64,000 bases of DNA from Lytechinus pictus. Taxonomy: Eukaryota. The position numbers and the translations under genes are program-made. The DNA lies in the NCBI RefSeq assembly GCF_037042905.1, contig NC_087259.1, forward strand, positions 9,176,001 through 9,240,000, read 5' to 3'. Positions 1 to 13,700 of the stretch are shown in pieces. The notes under the pieces are model-generated. The model was given only the letters and a program-made list of their open reading frames with translations, did not search any database and was not told the origin of the DNA. Position 1 is the first letter of the stretch, and every line of letters begins with the position of its first letter.

Positions 1-400
1 TCTTCTCATTTTATTCTTTCCAATAAGATTGCTTCTCTTCTTGGGTTTTGGTTTCCTTTAATGATGAACGGTTGCCAGCTATGTGTTAAGACAGGTTTTA
101 ATCTTTTCTTTAACGTAATCTTGTTCTTTTGGCAAGAAACGAAACGTTCTGCTATTTGAGTAAAACGCAAACGTGCGTGAGCCAATTTTACTTCAATTTG
201 ATTTTGTGTGTGCGCAGCACAAAGCGAAAGACGAGCTCAGCGCGGTCAAACGGGTCACATTGTTAAGCCCAAGCCTATTTATTATTCTTTAATGACTTCT
301 TGTTTTGATCAGGTATTTGTTCGTAACTCTTTATTCAGGACTCAATGACGGTGACAAGCTGGCAGAGACAGAAGGAAAGAAGGTATTACAAGGTACTCAC

Positions 401-596
401 CGCCATCGGCGGCATCAAGCAACATAGCCCTGCTGGAACGCGAGGCATCAGAAAGAGGACCGCTGGTGATGGTATGGGGTTTGGACCGGTAGCCCGCGGG
501 CTGGAGACTTCGGCGAGATCGTGAGAGGCACCCCTGCGTGCAGCGGGAGCCCGAGTCGTTGTTGTCACAGATCAGAATTGAGCAGTGGACGTAGAC
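401..596 (-). CDS. Gene A exon 31: ZP-C end, furin site, external hydrophobic patch
   Basis: tttcag|[65 protein letters not shown]|gtgagt; 196 nt, phase 0-1. Confidence 0.9.
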
Positions 597-1689
597 CTGA
601 AACGAGAATATACACCAGGAATCACTATGATTTTAAAAGGTAAGACATTACTTTAGGCTTTGATATCCTGATATCAGACACTTGACCTCATATACCAATG
701 AATTATGAAATCCGAAAATAGAGTAGAGCCTAGGCCTAGCCATGTTTTTAACAAATATGGATCTGGATGTAATACAGGTCTCACGCGCGTAAAACATTCC
801 CCCATAGACTTGTGTGTTAAAATGGCACTTAAGAAAAATTCATAAAAAATAAATGTGAAATTAGAGGGTCGAATGTTTACTACCTTTGGATAGGATATAT
901 ATCTGACATTCCATATCTGACCAGAGAAGGGTATCGTAGCCAGCTCATTTTAAAAATAAATCGCCATTTATGAAGATAACTATGATGGGATCAAATTCAT
1001 CAACTGAAACAGTAAAATAGCCCCAATTCTTCCGCCAGTCAAAAAATAGTTCCAAATCATTGATATATCTTCCCAATTTGGGCAAAGGAAGTTCAGTAGT
1101 TACCATTTCTAGAATCAGTGTTAGATTTTGAATCATATTCATACACTTTTGTCAATCAGCAATATCAAATTGAAAAAATTCGAATGGGTTGGGTCGAACG
1201 AATATCTTTAGCCCTCCTGATGTAATTAGGCTCATGGCACCTATATTATATGACCTATGAATTTTATTTTTTTAAATAGCTACTTTGCTATTCTTTTATA
1301 TCTGTACACTCACACTAGCACAAAGAAATGCATTGAAAATGCCTATTTTCTATGCAATGACCCATTTTAATGTGTTACTCATACATGTTATATTCACTAT
1401 ATGGATGTCTACATATCCTACCTGCATATAGCCCAATGGGTGAATGTAATGACAATATATATAGGCCCCTATTCTCCTAGTTATATAATGGTGTATGTAA
1501 ATTTTGTGTAGATATCAGGATACCATAACTGCCCCAAACATAATTACCAGATATACATGAAATTGAATGAGGAAACAAAAGAATGAGAACATATTACTAA
1601 TTAGTACATTTGCACTTGACCTATTATATCAAAATCTTCCTAGGGCTATTGCCTATCAGATGTAAGAAGGAAGAGATACATAAATAGAT

Positions 1690-1724
<35 letters not shown>

Positions 1725-4700
1725 AAGAAAGATAATTTTATAGATGGCATGGCTTATAAAGAGGGGGGGGGGGGCTAGACTAAGATTGGAGCACACAGCC
1801 GCCACCCCCCCCTCCCTCCTTAGTTGAGCACTATTAGATACCTTACCTTACTCTGTGCCTTTTTCTAAATACCTTCTTGAAGGTACCACTCTAGTTCTCT
1901 TCAGTAAAGTTCACAAAGTTCTATTTCCTCTCTACCCCATTCCAAAGAACAATTTTAACATCAGCATTTGTAAAGGTCTTTCTAACATTAAGTAGGTGAT
2001 CATACATTAGCACAAACCAATGATGAATCAGAACATAAAGAGGCCTAGACTCTCATTGACCAGTCTATATGCATTCCTAGGCTTACATACACATACCTAC
2101 TAACTTTACCTGATATATAGCCTTGCTAAGCCATTAAATCCATTTTTGCACCACTTGATGACTAAACATATTGATATCAGTTAGAAATTGTTTGCTACTG
2201 AGGAGTTTGGGCAGGTATTCCATCCACTATAGGGAACTCGCCTGTATTACCTATAGGTCTCACGCGCGTAAAACATTCCCCCATAGACTTGTGTGTTAAA
2301 ATGGCACTTAAGAAAAATTCATAAAAAATAAATGTGAAATTAGAGGGTCGAATGTTTACTACCTTTGGATAGGATATATATCTGACATTCCATATCTGAC
2401 CAGAGAAGGGTATCGTAGCCAGCTCATTTTAAAAATAAATCGCCATTTATGAAGATAACTATGATGGGATCAAATTCATCAACTGAAACAGTAAAATAGC
2501 CCCAATTCTTCCGCCAGTCAAAAAATAGTTCCAAATCATTGATATATCTTCCCAATTTGGGCAAAGGAAGTTCAGTAGTTACCATTTCTAGAATCAGTGT
2601 TAGATTTTGAATCATATTCATACACTTTTGTCAATCAGCAATATCAAATTGAAAAAAATCGAATGGGTTGGGTCGAACGAATATCTTTAGCCCTCCTGAT
2701 GTAATTAGGCTCATGGCACCTACAGTGCAGGACCGTTAGGTATAATGCACCGGGTTAGGAGAGGGCGCAAATGAGTTTAGTCGAAACGTAGGTGGCTTTC
2801 TTCGATCTTGGCTTTAAACACCTCTGGTGATGTACTGCTGACAACTTCGTTAGGGAGTTGATTCCAGGCCAACGTTGTATCCCCCCAAAAAAAAAAAATT
2901 CTTAACTGCTCTGTGTTACAATGTCTTATTGAGAAACACTTGGAGTTATTTGTAACTTGTTTCTCTACCACATTAGTAGCATCAAAGTTTACAAATTTCT
3001 TAGCTTTGATATTACGTTTAGGTCTTGCTTTAATAAGAAATTTATCAACAGGAAATATGCATTTGCATAGGGCCCGTCCCTGAAAGGGGAATGAAACCTT
3101 TGGAACAAGTAGGCTTGTGTCGAAACAAAACAATCAAAGAATAAGAACAAAAAAAGTTTGAGAAAAATCGGACAAATAATGAGAAAGTTATGAGCATTTG
3201 AATATTGCAATCAATAATGCCATGGAGATCCTCCCATTGGCAATGCGACAAGGATGTGGGATGTCACATGTGAACAACTTTCCCTTTGATGGACTATAAA
3301 ATACCCCAAAAATGTATTTTTTGCTTTTTATTATGGTAATACAAACTCTTTATCCATGATATATTCTTAGAAAATCTGTTTTACATGCCCTCCTATAAAC
3401 AGAATACATGATCTCCTGATAGATGTGATAAAAGAGGCAATTTAAGTGAAATATATACTAAAGTAATGGGGAGAGTTGTTCACAAGTGACATCACACATC
3501 TTTGTCGCATTGCTAGTGTTATGATCTCCTTAGCATCAGTGATCACAATAGCTCCATGATTCACATGCTCATAACTTTCTCATTATTTGTCCGATTTTTC
3601 TCAAACCTTCGTTAATCTGTTTCTATGATTTTTCTGTTTTCACACAAGCTATCTTGTTTCAAAGGTTTCATTTTCCTTTAAGTTCTAAAGTGTAAAATCT
3701 TGGCCTACTTCTCTGTCTAATTGTAGGCCTGTAGACTCTAATAGGACATCGGCTAAACTGATTTGGCCTAATATCAATTAGTCGACTTGCCGTTTTGTCT
3801 AAACTACACTTGGGGTCCCGTTGCATAAAAGATGCTATCATGGTGACGTTGCCATCCAATGGTAACTACCATGATAACAACGCTTATCGGCCAATCAGAA
3901 TCGAGGATTTCAGGGAAGATATCATTGAATTGCAAAGTTACCATATTTTACGCAACCGGACTTGGGTTTATACCGAATATCTAATTCTCATTTAATGTCT
4001 AGTTGGTCTTTATTTATTTATTTATTTAGTTATTCATTTATTTATTTGTTTTCTTTTATACTGCAGGGTAGGTCTGTTCAGTTATGCAAAACTGCTTTCC
4101 AAATGCGCCCTGCAGTTAAACAAATAACTCAACATCATAGCAATTCAATTTACCGGTATGTAACATACAAAAAAGTAAAAACAGAATATATAGAGTGAAT
4201 CAGCAACTATCATGGAATCGTTACATCTACATCAAGTTATTCAGTGCAAGGGTCGATCCTTAATGCCATATCGTCATATTAAAAATGCAACTACTAATGT
4301 ATGTGTATTCAATCAAAACGAAATCAACTTGCTCAGAATCTCATGAATTCACCTTTTGTGGTTTTTTTTAAAGTTTCCCTTGCGCCATCTAAGGAATTAT
4401 TTGTTTTCGCAGAAACGTTACTCCAAGGGCCCATATCTTAAGACAATCTTGCAATATCAGTATTTTATAACTAAATAAATTATTCTCTTGGTGGGCAGAT
4501 ACTGAACTTGTTATACGCATTTGTTATTTAAAGCAATATTTAATACATGCATGTGCATATTAATAATTTTTACCACGTAAGCACATCGGAAGTGTAAAGA
4601 GCGGAAATCTTGTAATGATCGGCCTAGTAATTTTCCAAGATTTAAAGTTGGTAATGTGGCATAATGGTGACACGACATTTTCTCCGGCGACAATTGTTCC

Positions 4701-7700
4701 GGGCTCTATTTCGTCTAAGATATAGGGTCAGGGTTGCAATAGAGTCTTATGTGAGGTTTAGGCCTAAATCCACGGTTGAAGTTGGTCATTCCATTAGTGT
4801 GTGTGGAATTTACAGCGGAGCAATTGTCGCCGGAGCAAATGTCATGGAACCGGCGTAATAGCGTATGCTCACCCTATCGTAATCACCAATGAAAGCGAAA
4901 GCAGCGATAGTGAATGCCTTGAATGTTGCAGGAAACCCTGCGTATATGTACGTTGTGCTGTCAACGGCACACCTAAAATACAAAAGAAAAGAAATAAGTT
5001 AACAAACGGCTTAGTTCAAATCAGAATGTTAAGAATGGTGCTTTAAGCAATAAACTTCAGTCGTATACACACAGAGGCGAAAATCTCTCCCAATAGGTAG
5101 GGAGGACAAGGGGCTGGAAAATTTTACTAGCCCCCCCCCCAAAAAAAAGGTTATCAACCCAAATTTCGGGTCATCTTGTCCTAAAATACATGTCTTATTT
5201 CGATTTTGAATGATGTATTTACTTCTTACCATCCAAGACCACAAATAGTAGGGGGGGGGGGGGACAATTGATATTACTATTTTGAGTACGAGGGACACCA
5301 ATCTTATTTCCACCCAATTCTCAAGCCATGGCAGTCAGCAGAAACATGTTTTGAAGCAAGAGACAAAAAATCTAGCATAACACTAAAGATTTCGTAAAAA
5401 TGATCCGATGTAAGATAAGAGAGTCATGCCATTTTAGAGTTCACTTAGTTTTCACAAAACAGTTATATGCAGATCTCAGATATGCAAATGAGAGAGTCGA
5501 TGATGTTCCTCACTATTTCGATTTTTTACTGCAATATTTCATTTTTTAACAGAATTGACAATAAGGACCAACATTACTGAACAATTAAATATGAAACAGT
5601 GATAAATTCACATGTCCAGGGAGGATTACAATTTTGTTCTACATGACAATGAGAATATTTTTAATATACTACAAAGAATAGTGAGTGATGTCATCAGTCC
5701 CTGTATTTCTGTACCGACTAGGACGTGAATGTAACTGTTAAAATTCTTATTTTACATCCGATTTTGATGAAATTTTCGTATTATTCAAATCAACTTTTTG
5801 TTGGGGTAAATTGTCCTTTTTAAAAGTCAAGTCCACCTCAGAAAATTGTTGATTTGAATCAATAGAGAAAAATCAGACAAGCATAATGCTGAAAATTTCA
5901 TCAAAATTGGATGTAAAATAAGAAAGTTATGACATTTCAAAGTTAAGCTTATTTTCAACAAAATAGTTATATGAACGAGCCAGTTAAATCCAAATGAGGG
6001 AGTCGATGATGTCACTCACTCACTATTTCTTTTGTTTTTTATTGTTTGAATTATTCAATATTTCAATTTTTACGAATTTGACGATTAGGACCTCTTGCCT
6101 GAAGCAAAAGAATGTTCAAATAATGGAGTTCCACATGTACAGGGAGGAATGAAACTTCATTTCACATGACAATGACGAGAAAATCAAAATATTTCATATT
6201 TAATATAATAACATACAAAAGAAATAGTTAGTGAGTGATGTCATCAGTTTCCTCATTTGCATACCGACCGAGATGTGCATATAACTGTTTCGTGAATTAA
6301 AGCGAAACTTTAAAATGTCATAACTTTCTTATTTTACATCCGTTATGCTTGTTGAATTTTTCTCTTTTTTTTTCAAATCAAGTTTTTGTTGGGGTGGACT
6401 TGTCCTTTATTATGAAACCAGGAATGCACAAGTACCCATTTTCGATAATGTCATAGCGATGATCATCCATTGGGTCTGATGATCCTGTTGCCCAACACGA
6501 CTCGATGAGAAGGGTGAGGTTTGTGACCGAAGCCAGGTGGATACCAAAGTATAAGGGCGTGCGGAGCGTCACTAGTCCGGAGTCGTTGGCAGGTGTTTGG
6601 AAGTTGGAGCTAGTATACCGTTCCATGCGGAGTGAAAACTCACCATATCCTTCCTGGAGATTGAATATGCATATGAGTGAGAGATTTTGGATGAAAAAAA
6701 TGAAAATCCATAATTTATTGTTCGAAATAAACGTGAAATGAAATACTCCGAAAATTTGCTTTGCCCAATTGATCGTGGGCCCGGCAGCCGCTGCGCAGCG
6801 CCAGATCGACGAGGCTCTATCCCTTTAATCGTTGAACGCCAAACAGGATAGCAGCAACTCCCATCTTTTAAAGTCTTTTGGTCTGACGCGGCGGGGGTTT
6901 GAACCCCCGACCTCCCAGTTGTGAGACGGACACTCTACAAACTGAGCCAACACACCGGTTGTAACTGAGCCAACACACCGGATATGCCTTAGTTGAATTG
7001 CTTTGGGGTCTAATGCGGGATCCTATACCAAGAATGTGGGGAGGGGGAAGTAACCCTGGTGAAAGTGACACTTTTTTCGAGACCTGACTTCTGTGTGGCG
7101 CATCTTATTTATCGTATTAAGTAAAAATAGGTACAGGGGAAAATCAGTTAGAATGTCTATTAAAATGAAACACAGGCCAATCACACCAGGAAACACATTT
7201 TGATACTTGAAGCCTTGAAAATAACAAATATTTGTAGGTGGGACATCTGGAACACTTCCGTGATCGTTGACAGCGTTGGTCCGTTTCTGTATGGTTTTGT
7301 GTTCTTATGAGTCTAACAAAGGAGGAATTCGGGAGAGCTATAAATAAAGGGGGAAGCAATCAGTTGAAATATCAAACATGACAAATGAAAAAGTCGATTC
7401 CTTGACAAATAGACGTTGGAAAAAAACCCCGCCAATCCTCTGATTGAAAGTCTAGTCACTGAACAATTTATATACCCATTGTCTATAGGCCTATTCCTCG
7501 ACAAGATCAAACCTTAAATTAATTATTAACTTGACTATTAAAGAAATGTGGCACTGAAAATGGATTGAACTCACCTCGTCGAATACATATTCCTCGGTCT
7601 GGGGCAGGAAGGACTCGCCAAGGATCTGTGTCCTCTTAAGGTTACAAGTCACAGGGATGTGAAGATAGTGTTCTCTGGTAATGATGGTTCCGTTTTCTGG

Positions 7701-10700
7701 ACTAGGCTTGTAAAACGTCACCGTGTTGGTAAATATTACATTCTCTGCATCTTGCTACATGGCGAAATAGGTTTTAAGGAATCAGGGAACAATGTCAATA
7801 GATATCCTGCTTTATACTCCCCCACTACTCCCTTTAACTACTTTACATCTATCAATATGATCAAGGGTATTTCAAATTTGGTGGATATTTCAAAGATTGG
7901 ATTTGTAATAACTGTAACGTAGCCTGATGACTGTTTTATCAAGACAAAAGAGATACAGACTTTAACTTCGGAATATGACCATGTACATTATGATACAAGA
8001 GGGAGGCCCAGTCGTCCCCGTATCTAGTTAAACACCATGGTTCATGGACATGGTGGGCCAGGAGGTATATAACTATCCCTCGAAGGAAACAATTATATTG
8101 AAAAGTAGGTCTGGCAGGAATGTATGAAGACTTTCGATCATCATACCTCTTGTTTTGTGCCACATCTGTTGTACATGGTGGTGATCGCAACATGCTGACT
8201 GTCGTGATCGTATCCAACACAAGACTCGTCTACAAAATGGACATCGCGGGCGTTGTCACCGATCTCTAGAAGTGATCTGTCCATGATGAGCGTCATTGAT
8301 ACGCTGTCGCAGATCAGTTCAGCTTCTGCAATTAGAAAAAAAGTGGCTTCCATACTTTATTAACTAGTTCTTGTATTTCAAGGAGACCATATCTGTTTGT
8401 AGAGAATCCATATATGTTCTCCTGGGTCTCCTCTTTTTTGCCTTCCTATGAAGAGTCTCCCATAAAAGAACAGTGAAGTGGCAGCTCAAGATGCCCTTAA
8501 TACCATGTAATACAATATATGTTGTTTCCGTCTCGATATTAAATATCTTACATTACATGTGTACTATTAAAGCTAACCTCCGTATTACCCCTGAATTGAT
8601 AACTGGCTTTCTTTTTTCTTTTGGAGGGGGTTGTTCATGATAATCATCTTTGACATGTCTGCGCAGGTTAAGAAAATCACTTTTGATATGTAGGCCTAGT
8701 TGATAATCCTGCAGAGGACTGATTAAAAAATACTACGGACGCCAGAGTAAATTGATTTAATACGGTAGCATAATGGAGCCATTGCCATGCAGTACTGCCT
8801 AGAATAACGAAAACAAAAATCAGATGTACTTACGATCAGGTATACAAATAGCACTGGCATCTTCGCCATGGACACAGTTATGATTTCCGAAACCATTATG
8901 CGGACAATTGAAAATGTGTCCCTCATAGCCGGAGCAACGAACGTCATCCATCCAAATAGGACCAGTACCAGATCCAAAATGGGCATTCCGAGGGGCCGAG
9001 CTGGCGTCACTATAGCCCAGGCTTCTGCAGACAACACGTGCATCTAACACGTCCCAAGAATCGTCACATACGGTTCCCCAAAGTCCATCGTGGTACACTT
9101 CTACTCTACCTTCGTGCGCTTCACCACCATTCACAAGACGAACTGTGCATATAGAATAATAATAATATAGGGTATTTATATTGCGCACATATCCACCTTG
9201 TTAGGTGCTCAAGGCGCTCCTATATTACCCGGCTAAGCTAGGCGTTCATAGCGCACACAGCTTTTTAAGGAATTACTTCCTACTGGTACCCATTTACCTC
9301 ACCTGGGTTGAGTGCAGCACATTGTGGATCAGTTTCTTGCTGAAGGAAATTACGCCATGGCTGGGATTCGAACCCACGACCCTCTGTTCCAAACTCCAAA
9401 GACTAATCCACTGGGCCACAACGCTCCATACAAGGATGTATGGAGCGTTATATGTATACAAGGTATACAATGTATACAATGATTAGGTTGAGCAGCTTAA
9501 TATTTCATAGACTAGGGAGGAAAAAATCTACATTTACCAGATCCTAGAAACAAAGTATAATGAGGATATTACGCCGTCCATGATCCATGCCATCAGTCAA
9601 TGCAAACGACAGTACTGCCATACTCTGGACTTTCGTTTCGGCGGCTGATTCCCTTTGCTTTATGCGAAAGTTTAGAGGTTACGCCTAACCTGAGACTTCA
9701 ATGTGCAATTTCTAGAAATATATTTCATTCATCTTTGATGTATAATAATTCTAATATAAAAAAAATCGCCTCGATGGACAAGGAAGTTATGTAAAAGATA
9801 GTGTTCAGATATAAGTCATTGTTGAATACAATAGAAACCATGAACTTTTGTCCAGAATTCCAAATTATAAAATGTAAGTTAATTGAAGTCCAGTACATTT
9901 GATAACCAATAGTATGATTTTACAAGACTTACCTGTCGAAATTGGTATATCAGTAACGTCAGGCGGGGGCGGGTTAGTTGTGGAATCTTAAAGTAGTGAA
10001 GAAAAAATGTAAAATTAACATGATTGATGTATGTCTTTATTTGGACTGCATTATATAAATCTATTAAAAGAGGACAATGCGAACTGCTTCTACCAACCCC
10101 TATCATGCCTCGTGTAACGAATACCTGTTTCTCACAACTTATGAAATAAAATATGAATAGCTAGGGGTCATGGAATGGGGGCGGGTATTTTCCAGTAACC
10201 ATGGTCAACAGACATAAATATAAGCACACTTTTCGAATCGCATCAAATCAAATTTGGCTCAGCCAGCCTACCATTCTCAGATTCTGATAACTAATCGCAT
10301 AACATTCGGCAGGAATTTGTCTCATTGTGTCATTCATAATTATGATGTGCGATCTAACTTATTTACCTTCAGCTGCATAAACGAGACTCAATCGAAGCTG
10401 AAATCCCGTGTCAGTGACAGATGAATCAGTAGTGAACAGCATCCAACTATTTGAAGAGTTTAGCCTGAAAGAAAATATTGCGTCAAGAATATTTACAACA
10501 AAAAACAGTTTCGCGGTTAAGAATATGACTAAAAATATGGTATTTGTTATTATCAGTAGGCGTAGTAACATAATTGTATCAATGTTCTTATACTATTTTT
10601 TTTCTAGTAAATGTATGCTCTAGTATTTATTAATAATAGTCAGAATCCTTTTTAAATCAGAAACAGGCTGAAATATGAGGTATTTAACATGATGTAGCAT

Positions 10701-13700
10701 GATACAAAAAAACCCGCTGTTATTTTGTTTCTACATTGCTGTGTGAACTAAGCAGTTGTTTAACAGTTTTAAGACGGACAATCAACCTGCCAGAAACGTG
10801 GAGTCTTGTGACCTACTCTGCAACTCTACTCGGCAATTCAAGCCAGCGTTCTCTCATTAACTTGGGCCTCCCTCACTTCTGACCTCTCCAACCCAAGCAA
10901 GTCTTTTCTCATCTCTTCACCTATTCAAGCCTCTCGTCTTTTCTGATTTACAGTAATTTTAAGGACTACACAACAATCGTTTCAGAAAAGAATGTTCTAC
11001 TTTCCAATTTCTCGCCTCTCCATAACACTTCTACTTTTATCAATTTTTATTAGTCATTTTGTATTGTAAACCACTTCCGCGATTGCCCATACCACCATGC
11101 ATGCTTAAGATTTTAAGCAACCATGCATAAGTAATTGAAGAATAATAGATGTTGTTTAAGACTTTAAACACTCGTTTAAAGTGTTTAACAACAGCTGTTA
11201 AGTTCATATAGTAAATAGCGTTGTATACAAATTTTTACTGTTGTGTGACAGCAAAAACACAATTATCAGATTATGTCTCCTATTTGCTACCCTGTCTTTA
11301 CACCATAACAAAAATCAGTTGATCATTTGTATTCTCGATAAATGAAATATGATTCGATATTACTTTTCCTTGAATTCAATATGATTTAACATAACTTGTT
11401 CTCGAACCTAATGTTTGTTTATAAATCAAATTAATTAATAAATCAATTCATTCATCCATTCGTTCATTTTTATATTTACCTAATATATATATATATATAT
11501 TCTCATGAGCTGAATTTATTTGCCGAAAATGTTAACATCCCTAAATCCCCAGAAGTTTCAGTTTGTGTGTCCAAATATATATGTGATAAATTCCCTTTTT
11601 AGCTTCGTTCTGATCGTATATTAATAAAATCTAGGGATAATTTTTCGCCTGTTGCCTTTTAATAATAATAATAAAATGCAATTTATTGGGCGCAATATCC
11701 ATCTCGCAAGAGATGCTCAAGGCCCTCAAGTGAAGGGGAAGCAAAAAATAATAACAAATAACAAAAATATATTTTCCCCGGGACTCACTTTTGGAATACA
11801 TAGATTCAGTTTGTTACTAGTAATTCATACGGACCTCAAAGATCCTGGATGGGATGTTCCTGTCAACGAAGCCAGCACAACACTTCCAGGGGATGATCGT
11901 GATTCTCCAGTCCCGATTATAAGGTAATCATAACCGGACTCAAGATCAAACACCAAGAATTCAACAAGAACATCATATCCCGAAGGAGCCGTAATATACC
12001 AATTATAGTGGACGCTGTTTGAATAATTCCAGGGGTAATTTGGAGACGCGATGATCTGCGGTTGCCCAACAGCGAGAGTCACATTTTCTTCTGTAAAAAG
12101 ATTCGGGGAAAGAACAAATTAGTAAGACTTCATTTCCGATAAGTAGATCTTATGACATATGCTTCGTCTTCAATGTTAAATATATTCATATTTCATATTT
12201 TTTGTAACAGAATATCGAGAATGAGATCATGAATGAACTAAGTAAATAAAAAGATTATCATTACATTTAAATGAAAAATAGTTCGAAGCCTGGGGGTTGG
12301 CGACTATGCCACATAGCTCCCCCACTTGTATTTTTTTGAGGGGGGGGGGGGGGAGGGGTAGATGCATCCCCATCTCTTGCTATCTGCGACCCCTAGATGG
12401 ACAATCAATAGCAAGATGATGTATTAAATTGTATGAGGAGGCAGGTTACTTGGAATTGCCTACCCAGCTCCATGAACACATGGGGCAACCGGTTTTCGAA
12501 GAAACCCGGTTAGGAAAAAGAGAAGATGGTTTGAATCACTTTTTATTGCTACAAGTTTTGAGTGTATGACAAATATTCTGGAATAGCTCCTCTTGCAAAA
12601 TAAAGCCATAGAGTAGCACACATACGTACCTCCTTCGAAGGGCATAGATGTAGTCCATATGTCCCAATATGGTGTACTTGCTGAAAAAAAAGAGAAAATA
12701 ATGTGTTCAATATCAAGACTACATGCAACCCTGTGCAGTTTGAATTGTCTAAATATAATGTACCTAATTGAAATCTAGCAAAAGAATTTTCACACTATCA
12801 TTCCGCGATTGGATTTGATTTTGATTCATTTTAATCACTGAAATATATACTGTACTTAATATAAACAATTATAACATTACAAATATACATATGGACTTGG
12901 GACACGTTCATTAACGGCTGGAAATTTTTATTGGAAGTGAAATACATCGAGCTGCAGAACGAACAGCGAAACAACTATACAGTGCGTCCCACAAAAAACG
13001 AAACCGAGATTTATCATAGCTTAAACACAAATAAAATAGACATTAACGGCTTGAAATTTTTATTGGAAGTGAAATATATCGAGCTGCATCATCACGATTT
13101 ATCATGATAAATCGTCGCTTAATCTCGGTTTCGTTTTTTCTGGGACGCACTGTATAGGCGGAATGTTGTCTGCATTGATGTGGTCTGAATCTAATCATTT
13201 AATCTTACGTACCTGTGGTAGTAATGGCAGGGGGGTCAGGTGTTACTCCTGAAAGTAGATAATTAGAAATTTATGAATATGAAAAATCTGCTTGGCTTCT
13301 AGTGGTGGTGGTGGTGGTAATTTTTTACCTGATTGCTAAGAAAGCATGAATGCTTGTAAGCAAGCAACCAGAGGACCGACGGCTTATGGTCCTCTCCGAA
13401 GGACCGGGTAATGAGGATTAATGCCTTACCAAAGGGCATTAGCGCACCAAGTGGGAATCGAACCAGGGTCATCCCAATACGAATCCCCCGCTCTACCGAC
13501 TGAGCTACCGCGCTTCTGGATAATGCAAGAATAATGATTGGTATTAAAACGCCAAATCGTCATTCTTATGCATGTATATAATATATATATACCGTGTAAG
13601 TATTTAAAAAAAATGAATTCGGATGTCAATGATGCCATAATTCCAAAATCCATTTCAAAACACCTTTTCAGTAATTTACATTATAGTTGTTCAATAAACA

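Noticed and set aside
945-2621. Two identical 65-aa ORFs (945-1142 and 2424-2621)
   Set aside because: They lie inside the 465-bp repeats and show no recognisable domain; the identity reflects the repeat.
777-2720. Canonical LTR retrotransposon or TRIM
   Set aside because: No TG..CA termini, PBS or polypurine tract in either orientation.
9205-9486. 93-aa ORF with a paralogue at 44743-44970
   Set aside because: Antisense reading of a SINE.
10780-11030. Possible LINE fragment
   Set aside because: Composition is suggestive, but I could not read a supporting motif.
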